A stretch of DNA of 32,000 nucleotides, taken from assembly GCF_900128735.1 (NCBI RefSeq), contig NZ_LT667503.1, positions 240,001-272,000 of the forward strand, written 5' to 3'. A model generated the notes under the pieces. It searched no databases and was not told where the DNA came from. It saw only the letters and a list, made by a program, of their open reading frames with translations. Origin of the DNA: Candidatus Saccharimonadota bacterium (GTDB taxonomy: Bacteria; Pseudomonadota; Gammaproteobacteria; Enterobacterales; Enterobacteriaceae). Of this stretch, positions 11,206 through 21,367 are shown piece by piece. The number at the start of each line of letters is the position of its first letter. The stretch's first letter is position 1. A program made the position numbers and the translations under genes.

Positions 11206-11922
11206 ATGGCTGGACATAGTAAATGGTCAAATACAAAACATAGAAAATCATCACAAGATATTAAACGTAGTAAAATCTTTACTAAATTAATACGTGAAAT
11301 CACTACCGCAAGTATAAAAAAAGGTCAAGATCCAAAAAAAAATTTTTATTTACGAACAGCTTTAGATAAAGCATCTACATATAATATGACAAAAAATACT
11401 ATTCAAAGAGCAATAAAACGGAGTAAAATAAAACAACATAAAAATAATAACTTAACTATATATTCTGGATATGGACCGGGAGGAGCTGCTTTTATTATGG
11501 AATGTTATTCTGAAAATAATAATCATACGGTTTCTAAATTAAGAGAAATTTTTTCTCGTTGCGAAGGTCATTTAGTAAAAAATAAAAATGTTGAATACTT
11601 ATTTCAAAAAAATATATTATTAAGATTTAATGATATGCAAAAAGAAAAAACAATTTTAGATATCGCTTTAAAAAATAGTGCGTATAACATTAAAATAAAA
11701 AAAAATTTATATATTGAAATGAAAATGCCTATTAAGAAATTTAAAAAAATTAAAAAAGAACTTTGTAAATTAACAGTAATTATCAATGCTAAAAAAATTC
11801 TTTATATACCAAAAATAATACTATTCTTAGAACAATCAAAGAAAAAAAAAATAAAAAAACTACTAAAAAAATTAAATGAATTTTCTGAAATTAAAAATAT
11901 TTACTATAATTTCAAATTATAA
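11206..11922 (+). CDS. yebC: YebC/PmpR family transcriptional regulator
   Basis: MAGHSKWSN.KH.K is the canonical YebC N-terminus. ATG 11206 is preceded by AAAGGA. The ORF-track start at 11182 is a TTG over-extension. The C-terminus (KKLLKKLNEFSEIKNIYYN) is still alignable to E. coli ([22 protein letters not shown]). Confidence 0.9.
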   Translation: MAGHSKWSNTKHRKSSQDIKRSKIFTKLIREITTASIKKGQDPKKNFYLRTALDKASTYNMTKNTIQRAIKRSKIKQHKNNNLTIYSGYGPGGAAFIMECYSENNNHTVSKLREIFSRCEGHLVKNKNVEYLFQKNILLRFNDMQKEKTILDIALKNSAYNIKIKKNLYIEMKMPIKKFKKIKKELCKLTVIINAKKILYIPKIILFLEQSKKKKIKKLLKKLNEFSEIKNIYYNFKL

Positions 11923-12198
11923 TAACAGGATATCTATGAATCTTTAAAAAATTTCATATATATTTATTATATTTTCTAATATTCGTACAGTATTGTAATA
12001 ATTTTTATTTTTAATAAAAAAGTTTATATTTAATAAATTATTATTAAATATTATTAAAAAAAAATATATATTTATTTTTAATAAGGACTTTTATAATTAC
12101 CAGAAATATATGAAAATTAATACAATACTAGTACAAATAAATAATTTTAATTTAATACTTTAATAAAAATTTAATTTTTTTTTGTTTTCTTAATATTT

Positions 12199-13641
12199 TT
12201 ATAAAACCCGAATTAATTTAAAAGTATTGGTATCATCTTTTGAAAATTGAAAATCTTTTTTAATGATTGCAATAGTGTTATTAACTTGCAAATAATTTTT
12301 CTCTTTTAATTTTAAGATAGCATCCTTAATATTATTAGATTCCATTTTTTTTTGTTTTAAATAAATAGGAATCACTCCTTTATATAACAAAGATAAATTA
12401 AGTTTTTTATCACAATAAGAAAAATAGAAAATCGGTATTTTTGATGTAATTCTAGACGTTAATAATGCTAACTTTATTGAATTTGCAAAAATTAAAACAG
12501 CAGATACATTATTTAAATGATTTGCGGCATACATTACAGACATCGCAAGAGTTTCAGATATATTATTAAGAGGAACATGTAATCGATGTTGAGAAATACT
12601 CATACACGGAATTTTTTCGGCTCCTTTGCAAATATTAATCATAGCTTTAACTGTATGAACTGGAAAACGTCCTGATGCCGTTTCAGCTGATAACATAACC
12701 GCATCCGTTCCATCTATCACAGCATTGGCAACATCCATTACCTCAGCCCTAGTTGGAAAAGGGTTTTCAATCATTGATTCCATCATTTGTGTAGCAGTAA
12801 TAACTGTGCGATTTAATTGACGAGCTAATTTAATTAAATTTTTTTGTATGCCAATTAAATTATCATCTCCAATTTCCACTCCTAAGTCTCCACGCGCAAT
12901 CATAATTGAATCTGCTGCTAAGATAATTTCTTTGCACACCGTTTCAGAATTAACTGCTTCAGCCCTTTCTATTTTAGCAATTATTTGAGCGTGACTGCCT
13001 GCTTCTTTCATTAATATTCTCGCTTCTTTTACGTCATTAGCAGATCGTGGAAAAGATACTGCTAAATAATCAACCCCTAAACGAGACGCTAACTTTATAT
13101 CTTCCTTATCTTTTTCTGTTAAAGCTTTGGCAGATAAACCACCCCCTAATTTATTTAAACCTTTATGATCTGTTAAATATCCACCTACCATAACTTTTGT
13201 ATAAATTTTATTATTATTTATTTCTAATACTTTCAATTGTATTTTACCATCATCTAACAATATTATATCATTCACAAAAACTTCATGAACAAGATTTTTA
13301 TAACTAATACCTACTTTTTTTTCAGTACCACAGAATTTTTCAATGGTATGATCTAGTAAAAAAGTATCTCCAATATTTAAAAATATTTTTTTATTTCTAA
13401 AACTAGAAATTCGAATTTTGGGACCTTGTAAATCTCCAATGATTGCAACTGAATAACCATATTTTTTAGTAATATTACGAATTAACGTAACTCTTTTTTG
13501 ATGTTCTTCAGCTGTACCATGAGAAAAATTTAATCGTAATATATTTGATCCTGATTGAATTAATTTCTTTAAAATATCTTTTTTATCTGTAGAGGGCCCT
13601 AAAGTTGAAATAATTTTTGTACGACAAATATGGTTATGCAT
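12199..13641 (-). CDS. pykA: pyruvate kinase II
   Basis: Motifs RTKIISTLGPS, LNFSHG, IARGDLGVEI, ATQMMESM. The ORF-track start 13659 is TTG. ATG 13641 has AAGGA 7 nt upstream and aligns with E. coli PykA (MSRRLRRTKIV). Confidence 0.95.
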   Translation of the reverse strand: MHNHICRTKIISTLGPSTDKKDILKKLIQSGSNILRLNFSHGTAEEHQKRVTLIRNITKKYGYSVAIIGDLQGPKIRISSFRNKKIFLNIGDTFLLDHTIEKFCGTEKKVGISYKNLVHEVFVNDIILLDDGKIQLKVLEINNNKIYTKVMVGGYLTDHKGLNKLGGGLSAKALTEKDKEDIKLASRLGVDYLAVSFPRSANDVKEARILMKEAGSHAQIIAKIERAEAVNSETVCKEIILAADSIMIARGDLGVEIGDDNLIGIQKNLIKLARQLNRTVITATQMMESMIENPFPTRAEVMDVANAVIDGTDAVMLSAETASGRFPVHTVKAMINICKGAEKIPCMSISQHRLHVPLNNISETLAMSVMYAANHLNNVSAVLIFANSIKLALLTSRITSKIPIFYFSYCDKKLNLSLLYKGVIPIYLKQKKMESNNIKDAILKLKEKNYLQVNNTIAIIKKDFQFSKDDTNTFKLIRVL

Positions 13642-14566
13642 ATTAAAATCCTTATACAAAATTAAATATATTTTTTAAAAAAACTCTTATTTATTAAATT
13701 AAATAATAATATTTAATAAATAAAACCTTATTATTATCTTATGATTTTTATCATAAATTTGATTATTAAAAATTATTTAATTTTTTAAAATATTACATCC
13801 CTTTTATATATTAAATAAATTTATAAATAAAAAAATAAATGACAAATTAATCTAACTTGTTTTATTTTTTTTAATGGTATTTAAAAACATCATGTTATAT
13901 TATGGTAATTTTTTTTAAATAAAAGAAATTAAAAATGCTATTTCTATTTTTAAAAAATTTTTACTAATTATCTTAAACATTAAAAAATACAAAACGGAAT
14001 ATAAAATATATATGATTAATCTAAAATTAGAAATTCTATTAAATATTGATACTAAAATATAATATAAATTTTTATTTAATAAAAATTTATATTCAGAGTA
14101 TATATCTTAATAAAAAATATTTTGATATATTAATATTGATACCTTAAAAATTATATTCATTATTATATATAAAAAATAAAAAGGATTATATAGACATATT
14201 AAAAATACTCTGTATAACTTAGAAAAACAAGTATTCTTTTATGAAGATAAAATTATTAAGCATTTTTTTTTAAAAAAAATGTTAAGATTAAATTAGATGA
14301 TTATCATTTAATAAAATATAACTCAATCAATTTTCTTTTAAAATTTACAAAATAGAAATTTATTTAATTAATATTAATTAAATAAATATTTAAAAAATAT
14401 TTTTATCTTAATATAATAAAAAATTAATTGATATCATGATATTTTAATAGAAATTGCAATAAATAAGCATTTTTAAAAAAAAATTTAACTTAAACAATCT
14501 AAATAAAAAAATTTTTTCTTTATATTTACATAAAAAACAATTTATTTATTAGGAATATAAAAATAT

Positions 14567-15460
14567 ATGATTCGTACCTTTCTTTTTTTATTAACGAATT
14601 TATCTATTATTCTAATTTTTGGTCTTATTTTAAGTTTCACTAGTATCAATACAGGTAACATCTTTGGAATTTTAATTATCTCTTTAATTTTTGGTTTTTT
14701 GGGATCAATATTGTCATTATTAATGTGTAAATGGATTGCTTTATATTCTGTTAATGGAGTCGTTATTCAATCTCCAAAAAATAATATGGAAAAATGGTTA
14801 TTTGAAATAATAAAAAAACATTCAAAAAGCGTTAATATAAATATGCCTGAAATAGCTATTTATCATTCCTCAGATATGAATGCCTTTGCGACCGGAGCAC
14901 AAAAAAATTCATCATTAATTGCTTTATCTAATTCATTATTACAGAATATGAATAAAAACGAAATTGAAGCTATTATAGCTCATGAAATTACACATATTGT
15001 TAACGGTGATATGGTAACAATGACTTTAATCCAAGGTATTTTAAATACATTCATTATTTTTATTTCACAAATCTTAACAAAAATATTTTTTGAGTATTTA
15101 TTTGTCAACCAAGAAGAAGAAATAAATCAAACAATTAATCAATATCAATACCCATATCCATATTATTCATTTATTTTAGCAACATTAGAGGCAACATTAG
15201 GAATTTTAGCTAGTATTATTACTATGTGGTTTTCTCGAAACAGAGAATATTATGCAGATGCTGGTTCAGCAAAGTTAGTGGGATATAAAAATATGATTTC
15301 TGCGTTAAAAAGATTAGGGAAAAATATCCAAAAAAATGAATCAGATATCATTATGACTTTATGTATTCATAGAAAATTATATCATCCATTTTTTAATTTA
15401 TTTTCATCGCACCCTCCTTTAGAAATGCGTATTAATGCATTAAAAAAAAAAATATATTGA
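14567..15460 (+). CDS. htpX: membrane zinc protease HtpX
   Basis: 297 aa. N-terminal transmembrane segments, HEITHIVNGD (HExxH zinc site), C-terminal SSHPPLE.RI. Length is close to E. coli HtpX. Confidence 0.93.
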   Translation: MIRTFLFLLTNLSIILIFGLILSFTSINTGNIFGILIISLIFGFLGSILSLLMCKWIALYSVNGVVIQSPKNNMEKWLFEIIKKHSKSVNINMPEIAIYHSSDMNAFATGAQKNSSLIALSNSLLQNMNKNEIEAIIAHEITHIVNGDMVTMTLIQGILNTFIIFISQILTKIFFEYLFVNQEEEINQTINQYQYPYPYYSFILATLEATLGILASIITMWFSRNREYYADAGSAKLVGYKNMISALKRLGKNIQKNESDIIMTLCIHRKLYHPFFNLFSSHPPLEMRINALKKKIY

Positions 15461-15477
15461 TAAAATAAATTTATAAT

Positions 15478-15509
15478 TATCAAAAGGGAAAAAATTTTCT
15501 CTTTTGATA
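15478..15509 (+). terminator. hairpin 18 nt after the htpX stop (candidate intrinsic terminator)
   Basis: TATCAAAAGGGA (15478-15489) pairs with TCTCTTTTGATA (15498-15509), with one G.U pair, and can extend with A.T pairs to a 4-nt loop. It is one of the few spacer hairpins containing G/C pairs. No clean U-tract follows. Confidence 0.3.
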
Positions 15510-16901
15510 AGAGAATATATTTAAGATCAATGAAAAAATTATTATGATATTTATCAAAATAAAATCAATATACAAAAAAATTGAATAGTAATAATTAACA
15601 AAAAATAAACTTTTTTTCGTTAAAAAATTAATAATATATGAATATCATATTTTTTTTAAAAAATATTTTAAAAAATTTTTAATTAATCAATTATAAATAT
15701 AATCAATGTTTTTTTTCAAATTTTTTCAAAAGAATCTTATTTTAATAAAAAAATGTCTTATCCAATGATTTATTACTTAATTAAATCTTTTATAAAATTT
15801 TTCTAAAAAATGAAAAAAATAAAAAAAAATATTAATATAAATAAAATTCATAAAATAAAATGATATGTATCATATATTTTGTACCCTTTTTTTTTCTAAA
15901 AAAATGTATTTTTCATTCTATAATTACACAAAATAAAAAAAATATTTTTTTATTATTCACTTCTTTATTTTAAAAATTGTTCGCTAATATTTTTTATTAA
16001 TCTTATAAATGAATACTATAAAATATTAATTAATAATTATTACTTTTTTAATTCTATTTTTATTAAATAAAATATGAATTAAAAAATAATAATTTATATA
16101 TCATAAAAAATTGAAAATAAAAAAATACAGTTAACTAGTCATTAAAAAATTTCTTACTGAATTTATTTTTTTAAAAAAAAATTTATAAAAGATATTATTA
16201 ATGTAATATAAAAGTTGCAAAAAATTAAAAAAATTTTACTTATAGAATCATTTATAAAAAAATTAGAAAGATTTTAAATCTATTATGTAAATAAAATTAT
16301 ACAAATTTATTTAATGATTTTTATGATTTATTTTTAATACCAAAAAAATAAATTAATTCTAAGTTAAGTATAAAAAATATTTCTAAAAAATAGAAGTAAA
16401 ATCATTTTTTTTTATTAACTTGTCTATATTTTTACTATTTATATTAAAAAAATTATAACGATTGTAAAAGAATTAAGAATTAGTCATTTTTTAAAGCAAA
16501 CCAGTAAAAAAAAAATTACTTACAAAGATTGTATTAATTATACTAACTTACAAAAAATTTTCGAAAAATTTTTAAAAAAATAGAAAATAAAAAAAATCCA
16601 TAAAAATATATGCATTAAATATTTTTTTATTGATAATAATCGAAATAATTTTCTGGCGATCAAATTAAAAATTAAGATAAAGCCTTATAATTTATTAATT
16701 ATATTGATATTATTCGGTATCAATTTTAAATACAATAAGAATTCTTTTTAAAAAAAATATTTAAAAATTTTTTATTTTTTTTAGTAAACCGTTATTTAGA
16801 GATTTTATTATATTTAATAAATTTAATAAAGAAAAATAAAGGAAAAATTTAAAATCTTAAATAAAAAAATTTTATTCTTTTTGCAAGGAAATTACTCAAA
16901 A

Positions 16902-17582
16902 ATGTATTTAGATCAAACAATCTTAGCATTAGATACTTCTTTAAATGCTTGCTCTGTAGCTATTATTCATTCTAGAAAAATATATACATTATTTCAAATA
17001 ACTCGAAGAAAACATGAAAAATATATATTAAAAATGATTTTTAAAATTTTAAAAATGTCTCATTGTACTTTAAAAGATGTTGACTTTATTGCATGTACAA
17101 TTGGTCCTGGAAGTTTTACTGGAATACGTATTTCTATTAATATTGCGCAAACATTATCTATGATTCACGATATTCCTTTATTAAGTTTTTCGACATTACA
17201 AGTATTATCAGAACAAAGTTGGATAAAATATCATACAAATCGCACAATAATTTTTATAAAAATCAATTCAAATAATTTCTTATGGGGAAAATACTACCGT
17301 AATACCAATGGTATATGGATAGGAGAACATACCGAAAAATCTTTGAAAAATATAAATAAAATTCCTAAATTAATAAAAAATTGTACAGGAATTTGGGCTG
17401 TAATCGGCACAACATGGAATTTTCGTTTTTCTTTAAAAAAATCTATAAAGTTATTATATACAAATATCCAAACACCTCAAGCAAAAGATATAATATTTTG
17501 TTCACATGCATATTTAAAAAAAAATATATATCATAAAATTAAATGCATATATCCAAAATACTTACCTAATATTTATTTTTAA
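16902..17582 (+). CDS. tsaB: tRNA t6A37 biosynthesis protein TsaB (YeaZ)
   Basis: ILALDTSLNACSVAI matches the E. coli TsaB N-terminus (ILAIDTATEACSVAL). GPGSFTGIRISI motif present. The ORF-track start 16881 is TTG; ATG 16902 fits the alignment. Confidence 0.88.
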   Translation: MYLDQTILALDTSLNACSVAIIHSRKIYTLFQITRRKHEKYILKMIFKILKMSHCTLKDVDFIACTIGPGSFTGIRISINIAQTLSMIHDIPLLSFSTLQVLSEQSWIKYHTNRTIIFIKINSNNFLWGKYYRNTNGIWIGEHTEKSLKNINKIPKLIKNCTGIWAVIGTTWNFRFSLKKSIKLLYTNIQTPQAKDIIFCSHAYLKKNIYHKIKCIYPKYLPNIYF

Positions 17583-17649
17583 GTCGATAATATTTATATC
17601 TTTTATATTAAAAGAAGATATTTAAAAATTTTTATAATGCATTATGTTA

Positions 17650-17901
17650 TTATTCAGGAATGGTAATATTTAATTCTAAAATTGAAATATTTGTATTTTT
17701 TTGTTCTAATTGAATAGTTATCATTTCTGGAGTTATTTTTATATATTTTGAAACAACCACTAATAATTCATTTTTTAGTTGAGGAAAATAATTAGGTTCA
17801 TTCAAACTTTTATTATTTTTTGCGATAACAATTTGAAGCCGTTCTTTTGCAATATTAGCAGTATTTTTTTTCCGCAATAAAAAAAAATCTAATAAGGCCA
17901 T
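17650..17901 (-). CDS. minE: cell division topological specificity factor MinE
   Basis: [23 protein letters not shown] is near identical to the E. coli MinE N-terminus, so the start is ATG 17901, not 17922. It begins 2 nt after the minD stop. Confidence 0.95.
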   Translation of the reverse strand: MALLDFFLLRKKNTANIAKERLQIVIAKNNKSLNEPNYFPQLKNELLVVVSKYIKITPEMITIQLEQKNTNISILELNITIPE

Positions 17902-17903
17902 GT

Positions 17904-18716
17904 TTATCTCCCTAATAACCATTGTAAAAAAGTTTTTTTACTATTATTAATAAATCGAAAAGGTAATTGTGTACCTAATAAACGATTGACTGTATCAAAA
18001 TAAGCCTGACCGGCATACGATTCTTTATCTAAAATTACTGAACTTCCTTGATTAGATGATCGCAAAACTGCTGTATCTTCTGGAATTACTCCAATTAAAG
18101 GAATACGTAAAATATCTAAAACATCATCTAAACTGAGCATATCACCGCTTTTTACTTTTTTTGGATTATATCTTGTTAATAAGAGATGTTCTTTAATTGG
18201 TTCTTTATTTTTTTTAGCTCGTCTAGATTTTGATGAAATAATACCTAAAATACGATCGGAATCACGTACAGATGATATCTCAGGATTAGTGATAACTATA
18301 GCTTCGTCCGCAAAATAAATTGATAAAATAGCTCCTTTTTCGATTCCTGCTGGAGAATCACAAATTATAAAATCAAACTTCATTTTACACAATTGTTGAA
18401 AAATATTTTTTACACCTGATTTTGTTAATGCATCTTTGTCTCTTGTTTGTGAAGCAGGTAAAATAAATAAATTAGGTGTATGACGATCTCGAATCAAGGC
18501 TTGATGAATTGTTGCTTCATTTTTAATGACATTAATAAAATCATATACAACTCTACGCTCACACCCCATAATTAAATCTAAATTTCTTAACCCAATATCA
18601 AAATCTATCACAATTGTCTTTTTACCTTGTAATGCTAATCCGGTAGCTATAGCGGCACTAGATGTAGTCTTACCTACACCGCCTTTACCTGAAGTAATCA
18701 CTATAATTCGCGACAT
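17904..18716 (-). CDS. minD: septum site-determining ATPase MinD
   Basis: 270 aa. Deviant Walker [23 protein letters not shown]-terminal amphipathic tail. Confidence 0.97.
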   Translation of the reverse strand: MSRIIVITSGKGGVGKTTSSAAIATGLALQGKKTIVIDFDIGLRNLDLIMGCERRVVYDFINVIKNEATIHQALIRDRHTPNLFILPASQTRDKDALTKSGVKNIFQQLCKMKFDFIICDSPAGIEKGAILSIYFADEAIVITNPEISSVRDSDRILGIISSKSRRAKKNKEPIKEHLLLTRYNPKKVKSGDMLSLDDVLDILRIPLIGVIPEDTAVLRSSNQGSSVILDKESYAGQAYFDTVNRLLGTQLPFRFINNSKKTFLQWLLGR

Positions 18717-18749
18717 AATTATTCATTCTCTTCTTTAAAATTTAATGAT

Positions 18750-19457
18750 CTAATTCAGATTTTTGATGTTAATTAAACCGTTTTTTAAGCTAATTTCTGT
18801 TATTTTACCTATATACTTTGATGGAATTTGTTCAATAATCCAATATTCTCCTGCAATTGATATTAATTCTGCAAATAATTGAGTGCAAAATATTTTTTTT
18901 GTTATATCTCCATTAGCTCCTGCTAAAACACGACCTCTCATAACTCCATAAATATGAATATGACCATCAGAAATCAACTCTGCTCCTGTACTGACATTAT
19001 TTGTTACTATTAAATCACTATGTGGAATATATATTTTTTGTCCAGAACGTACAGGATAATTAACAATATGCGTGTTATTTATAGGTAATAACGGTATTTT
19101 AACTATTTTTTTATTGTTCTTATTTACAATATTAACAGCATTTATAATTTTTTTTTTATTTGGAAAAATCGGTAAACCTGAAAGTACAATTAAATTTTTT
19201 AATTGATTATTATAACACCCATTTACTCCTGAAATAAATAATCCTGTAGATAATATAGCAGCTTTCATATTAATCCAATCAACTTTTTGTGACAATTGTT
19301 CCACATTTAATATTACTGGCATATTTTTAAAAAAAGACGGCGAAGTTTTAATTTTATTAAATATCGCTCTTTTTGTACGATTAATATTAATATCATATAA
19401 ATATAATACCGGAATAAAGAAATTACTACTTTTTAATACAATAGATATACTTTTCAT
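18750..19457 (-). CDS. minC: septum site-determining protein MinC
   Basis: 235 aa directly upstream of minD. The C-terminal beta-helix region (VRSGQKIY..DLIV...VS.GAE..SDG.IH.YG..RGR..AG) resembles MinC. Confidence 0.9.
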   Translation of the reverse strand: MKSISIVLKSSNFFIPVLYLYDININRTKRAIFNKIKTSPSFFKNMPVILNVEQLSQKVDWINMKAAILSTGLFISGVNGCYNNQLKNLIVLSGLPIFPNKKKIINAVNIVNKNNKKIVKIPLLPINNTHIVNYPVRSGQKIYIPHSDLIVTNNVSTGAELISDGHIHIYGVMRGRVLAGANGDITKKIFCTQLFAELISIAGEYWIIEQIPSKYIGKITEISLKNGLINIKNLN

Positions 19458-19646
19458 TCACTTTCACTTTCGCGTTATATATTAATGTAAATGAATATAA
19501 ATAATATACAGTTCTATTTAAAATAGAAAACAATTTTTATTATTAAAAAAATAATGTTATATTATGAATAAAAAAAATAGTTAATCATATATTATTATAT
19601 TATACGTAAAAATAACTTTAACAATTTTCCTTTTAAATTAAAAAAT

Positions 19647-20687
19647 ATGAACGATTTTTATAAAAAGAAATATTTATCTAAAGAAAGTCAAATATTATTA
19701 AAAAATTTTAATATTATTAAAAACCATAACGTTATTTTTTCAGGAATTATACCTGATAAATTAAGCTATATTTTAACCTGCAAAAAATTTATTATTTATG
19801 CTCAAAAATATAATATTTATAATATCGTAAATAAAAAAATACATCAACATATTATATTTCATCAAGATATTCATAAAAAAATATTTTTTCAATATAATTG
19901 TTTAGTATATTTTTGGCCAAAAGATAAAAAAGAAGCTAAATTTCAATTAATATATTTATTTTCAATAATAAAAAAAAATTTTAAGATTTATATAATTGGA
20001 AAAAATAATAGCGGAATTAACGGAATAAAAAAAATTTTTATAAATTTTATAAACTTTATAAAAATAGATTTTGCTAGAAATTGCGTTCTTTATCATGGAA
20101 TTTTAAAGAAAAAAATTCCATTTGTTTTAAAAAATTTTGTAAAAAAATATACCTGGCATCATTTTGTTATTTATCATTTACCGGGGGTTTTTGGATATAA
20201 TGGAATTGATCAAGGAAGTTTGTTATTAATTTCTACATTTAATAACAAAATTAATGGCAATATATTAGATCTTTGTTCAGGTTCAGGAATTTTAAGTGTT
20301 GCATTATCGTATTTTGCTAAAAATATCACTCTTACACTTACAGATATTTATGATTCTGCCATTTGGAGTAGTAAAAAAACACTAAAGACCAATAAAATTG
20401 AAGGATATATATATAAAAGCGATATTTATTCTAATATTACAGGAAAATTTGATTTTATAATCTCTAATCCTCCTATTCATAATAACTTAAAAGTAAATAT
20501 TAATATTATTAGAAAAATTGTTAAGCACTCTAAAAAATATTTAAAAAATAATGGAAAATTAAGGATAGTAACTAACTCTATGATATCTTATCAAAATATC
20601 TTTAAAAAATATTTTAACAAATATGATGTCATTTTAAAAACAAAAAAATATAAAATTTACCAAGTCACTTGTAAATATAAAAATTAA
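19647..20687 (+). CDS. rsmC: 16S rRNA (guanine1207-N2)-methyltransferase
   Basis: 346 aa. YFWPK.K.EA.FQL and IIGKNNSG align with E. coli RsmC (YYWPKNKPEAQFQL, VVGENRSG). SAM motif LDLCSGSG, catalytic ISNPPIH, then G.LRIVTN. Confidence 0.85.
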   Translation: MNDFYKKKYLSKESQILLKNFNIIKNHNVIFSGIIPDKLSYILTCKKFIIYAQKYNIYNIVNKKIHQHIIFHQDIHKKIFFQYNCLVYFWPKDKKEAKFQLIYLFSIIKKNFKIYIIGKNNSGINGIKKIFINFINFIKIDFARNCVLYHGILKKKIPFVLKNFVKKYTWHHFVIYHLPGVFGYNGIDQGSLLLISTFNNKINGNILDLCSGSGILSVALSYFAKNITLTLTDIYDSAIWSSKKTLKTNKIEGYIYKSDIYSNITGKFDFIISNPPIHNNLKVNINIIRKIVKHSKKYLKNNGKLRIVTNSMISYQNIFKKYFNKYDVILKTKKYKIYQVTCKYKN

Positions 20688-20693
20688 TAATTA

Positions 20694-20778
20694 TACCCGG
20701 AGCGGGACTTGAACCCGCAAAGCTAAAAAAGCCGAGGGATTTTAAGTCCCTTGTGTCTACCGATTTCACCATCCGGGC
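20694..20778 (-). tRNA. leuZ: tRNA-Leu (anticodon UAA)
   Basis: The reverse complement reads GCCCGGATGGTGAAATCGGTAGACACAAGGGACTTAAAATCCCTCGGCTTTTTTAGCTTTGCGGGTTCAAGTCCCGCTCCGGGTA. It has a 7-bp acceptor stem (G1.U72 as in E. coli leuZ), anticodon loop CTTAAAA, a long variable arm and T-loop TTCAAGT. The 3' CCA is not encoded (followed by TAA). Confidence 0.95.
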
Positions 20779-20811
20779 AATAATATAACTTGAAATAATT
20801 TTTAATTATAC

Positions 20812-20882
20812 AGGCGCGTCCCGGAATTGAACCGAGTTATACGGATTTGCAATCCGCTGCATCACCAATCTGCCAACGCGCC
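20812..20882 (-). tRNA. cysT: tRNA-Cys (anticodon GCA)
   Basis: The reverse complement reads GGCGCGTTGGCAGATTGGTGATGCAGCGGATTGCAAATCCGTATAACTCGGTTCAATTCCGGGACGCGCCT. The acceptor stem and the anticodon stem-loop (CGGATTGCAAATCCG) are identical to E. coli tRNA-Cys. Discriminator is U73. No CCA is encoded. Confidence 0.95.
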
Positions 20883-20920
20883 TCTTAATAGTTTTTATAT
20901 AATTAAAAAGTTTTATTTTT

Positions 20921-21005
20921 CGGAGGAGGAGGGATTCGAACTCTCGGACGATTTCTCGTCGGCGGTTTTCAAGACCGCTGCCTTAAACCACTCGGCCACT
21001 CCTCC
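20921..21005 (-). tRNA. serT: tRNA-Ser (anticodon UGA)
   Basis: The reverse complement reads GGAGGAGTGGCCGAGTGGTTTAAGGCAGCGGTCTTGAAAACCGCCGACGAGAAATCGTCCGAGAGTTCGAATCCCTCCTCCTCCG. It is class II with a long variable arm, anticodon loop CTTGAAA and discriminator G. No CCA is encoded. Confidence 0.95.
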
Positions 21006-21023
21006 AAATTTATTAATTTTTAT

Positions 21024-21052
21024 ATTGTACTAAATATTTTTTTAAAAGTAAA
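21024..21052 (-). promoter_or_regulatory. candidate sigma70 promoter for the tRNA Ser-Cys-Leu cluster
   Basis: The minus strand reads TTTACT (plus 21047-21052), a 17-nt spacer, then TACAAT (plus 21024-21029), ending 18 nt upstream of the tRNA-Ser 5' end. Such matches are common in DNA this A+T-rich, so the call is tentative. Confidence 0.25.
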
Positions 21053-21367
21053 GAGCTTAAAAAAATTTTTAAAATATCAAGATATAGTAAATAATTACTT
21101 TTTAATTTTTAAAAAAAATAAAAAATTTATATATACTTTATTTTAAATAATATTTTTTAATTTGTGATGAATATTTACTAAGATTTTTTTTTAAAAAAAA
21201 ATCTTAAAAAAAAATTTTAAATATTATTTACTAATTATTTCTTATTAATTATTTTTGTTATTTATTTTATTTTTGATATTAATTTGTAATTACATATTTA
21301 GTATTTAATTTAATTAAATAGATTAAGTATCTATTCTTTTAATAGAAACAAAAAAATTTAAATTATT

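Noticed and set aside
11604-11786. 60-aa ORF on the minus strand
   Set aside because: Antisense inside yebC. It is an I/F/L-rich artefact of the complement of a Lys-rich coding region.
14061-14093. Perfect 14-bp inverted repeat AATATAAATTTTTA / TAAAAATTTATATT with a 5-nt loop
   Set aside because: It consists only of A/T. In kilobases of nearly pure A+T spacer, a rough estimate (0.5^14 per site across several loop sizes) predicts about one such hairpin by chance. It is not positioned after a gene end.
14290-14316. Reading K-L-D-D-Y-H-L-I-K, resembling the G6PD RIDHYLGKE motif (possible zwf relic)
   Set aside because: It needs an indel, only 4-5 positions agree, and no other Zwf motif is visible. 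I kept it only as a hypothesis to test inside the spacer finding, not as a feature.
14431-14442. Palindrome ATATCATGATAT, with the core ATCATGATAT also at 7671-7680 in another spacer. I considered a shared operator.
   Set aside because: At this base composition hundreds of shared 11-12-mers are expected by chance within 32 kb. There is no consistent distance to the downstream start codons.
15711-15730. Tandem TTTTTTCAAA x2
   Set aside because: It has only two copies and is low-complexity, so it is a trivial slippage product. It is not a CRISPR or satellite array.
17596-17621. Hairpin ATATCTT...AAGATAT between convergent tsaB and minE (possible bidirectional terminator)
   Set aside because: The stem is 7 bp and almost all A/T with a 12-nt loop, which is indistinguishable from background. 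I did not call it a terminator.
18526-18738. 70-aa ORF on the plus strand
   Set aside because: Antisense to the conserved 5' part of minD. Shadow ORF.
20827-21033. 68-aa ORF on the plus strand
   Set aside because: It is made up of the complement of tRNA-Cys and tRNA-Ser, which are locally G+C-rich and therefore stop-free. Not a gene.
21181-21204. 24-bp perfect palindrome AGA-T9-A9-TCT
   Set aside because: This is a low-complexity homopolymer junction that cannot form a stable looped hairpin. It is most simply a slippage product in decaying DNA downstream of ompA.
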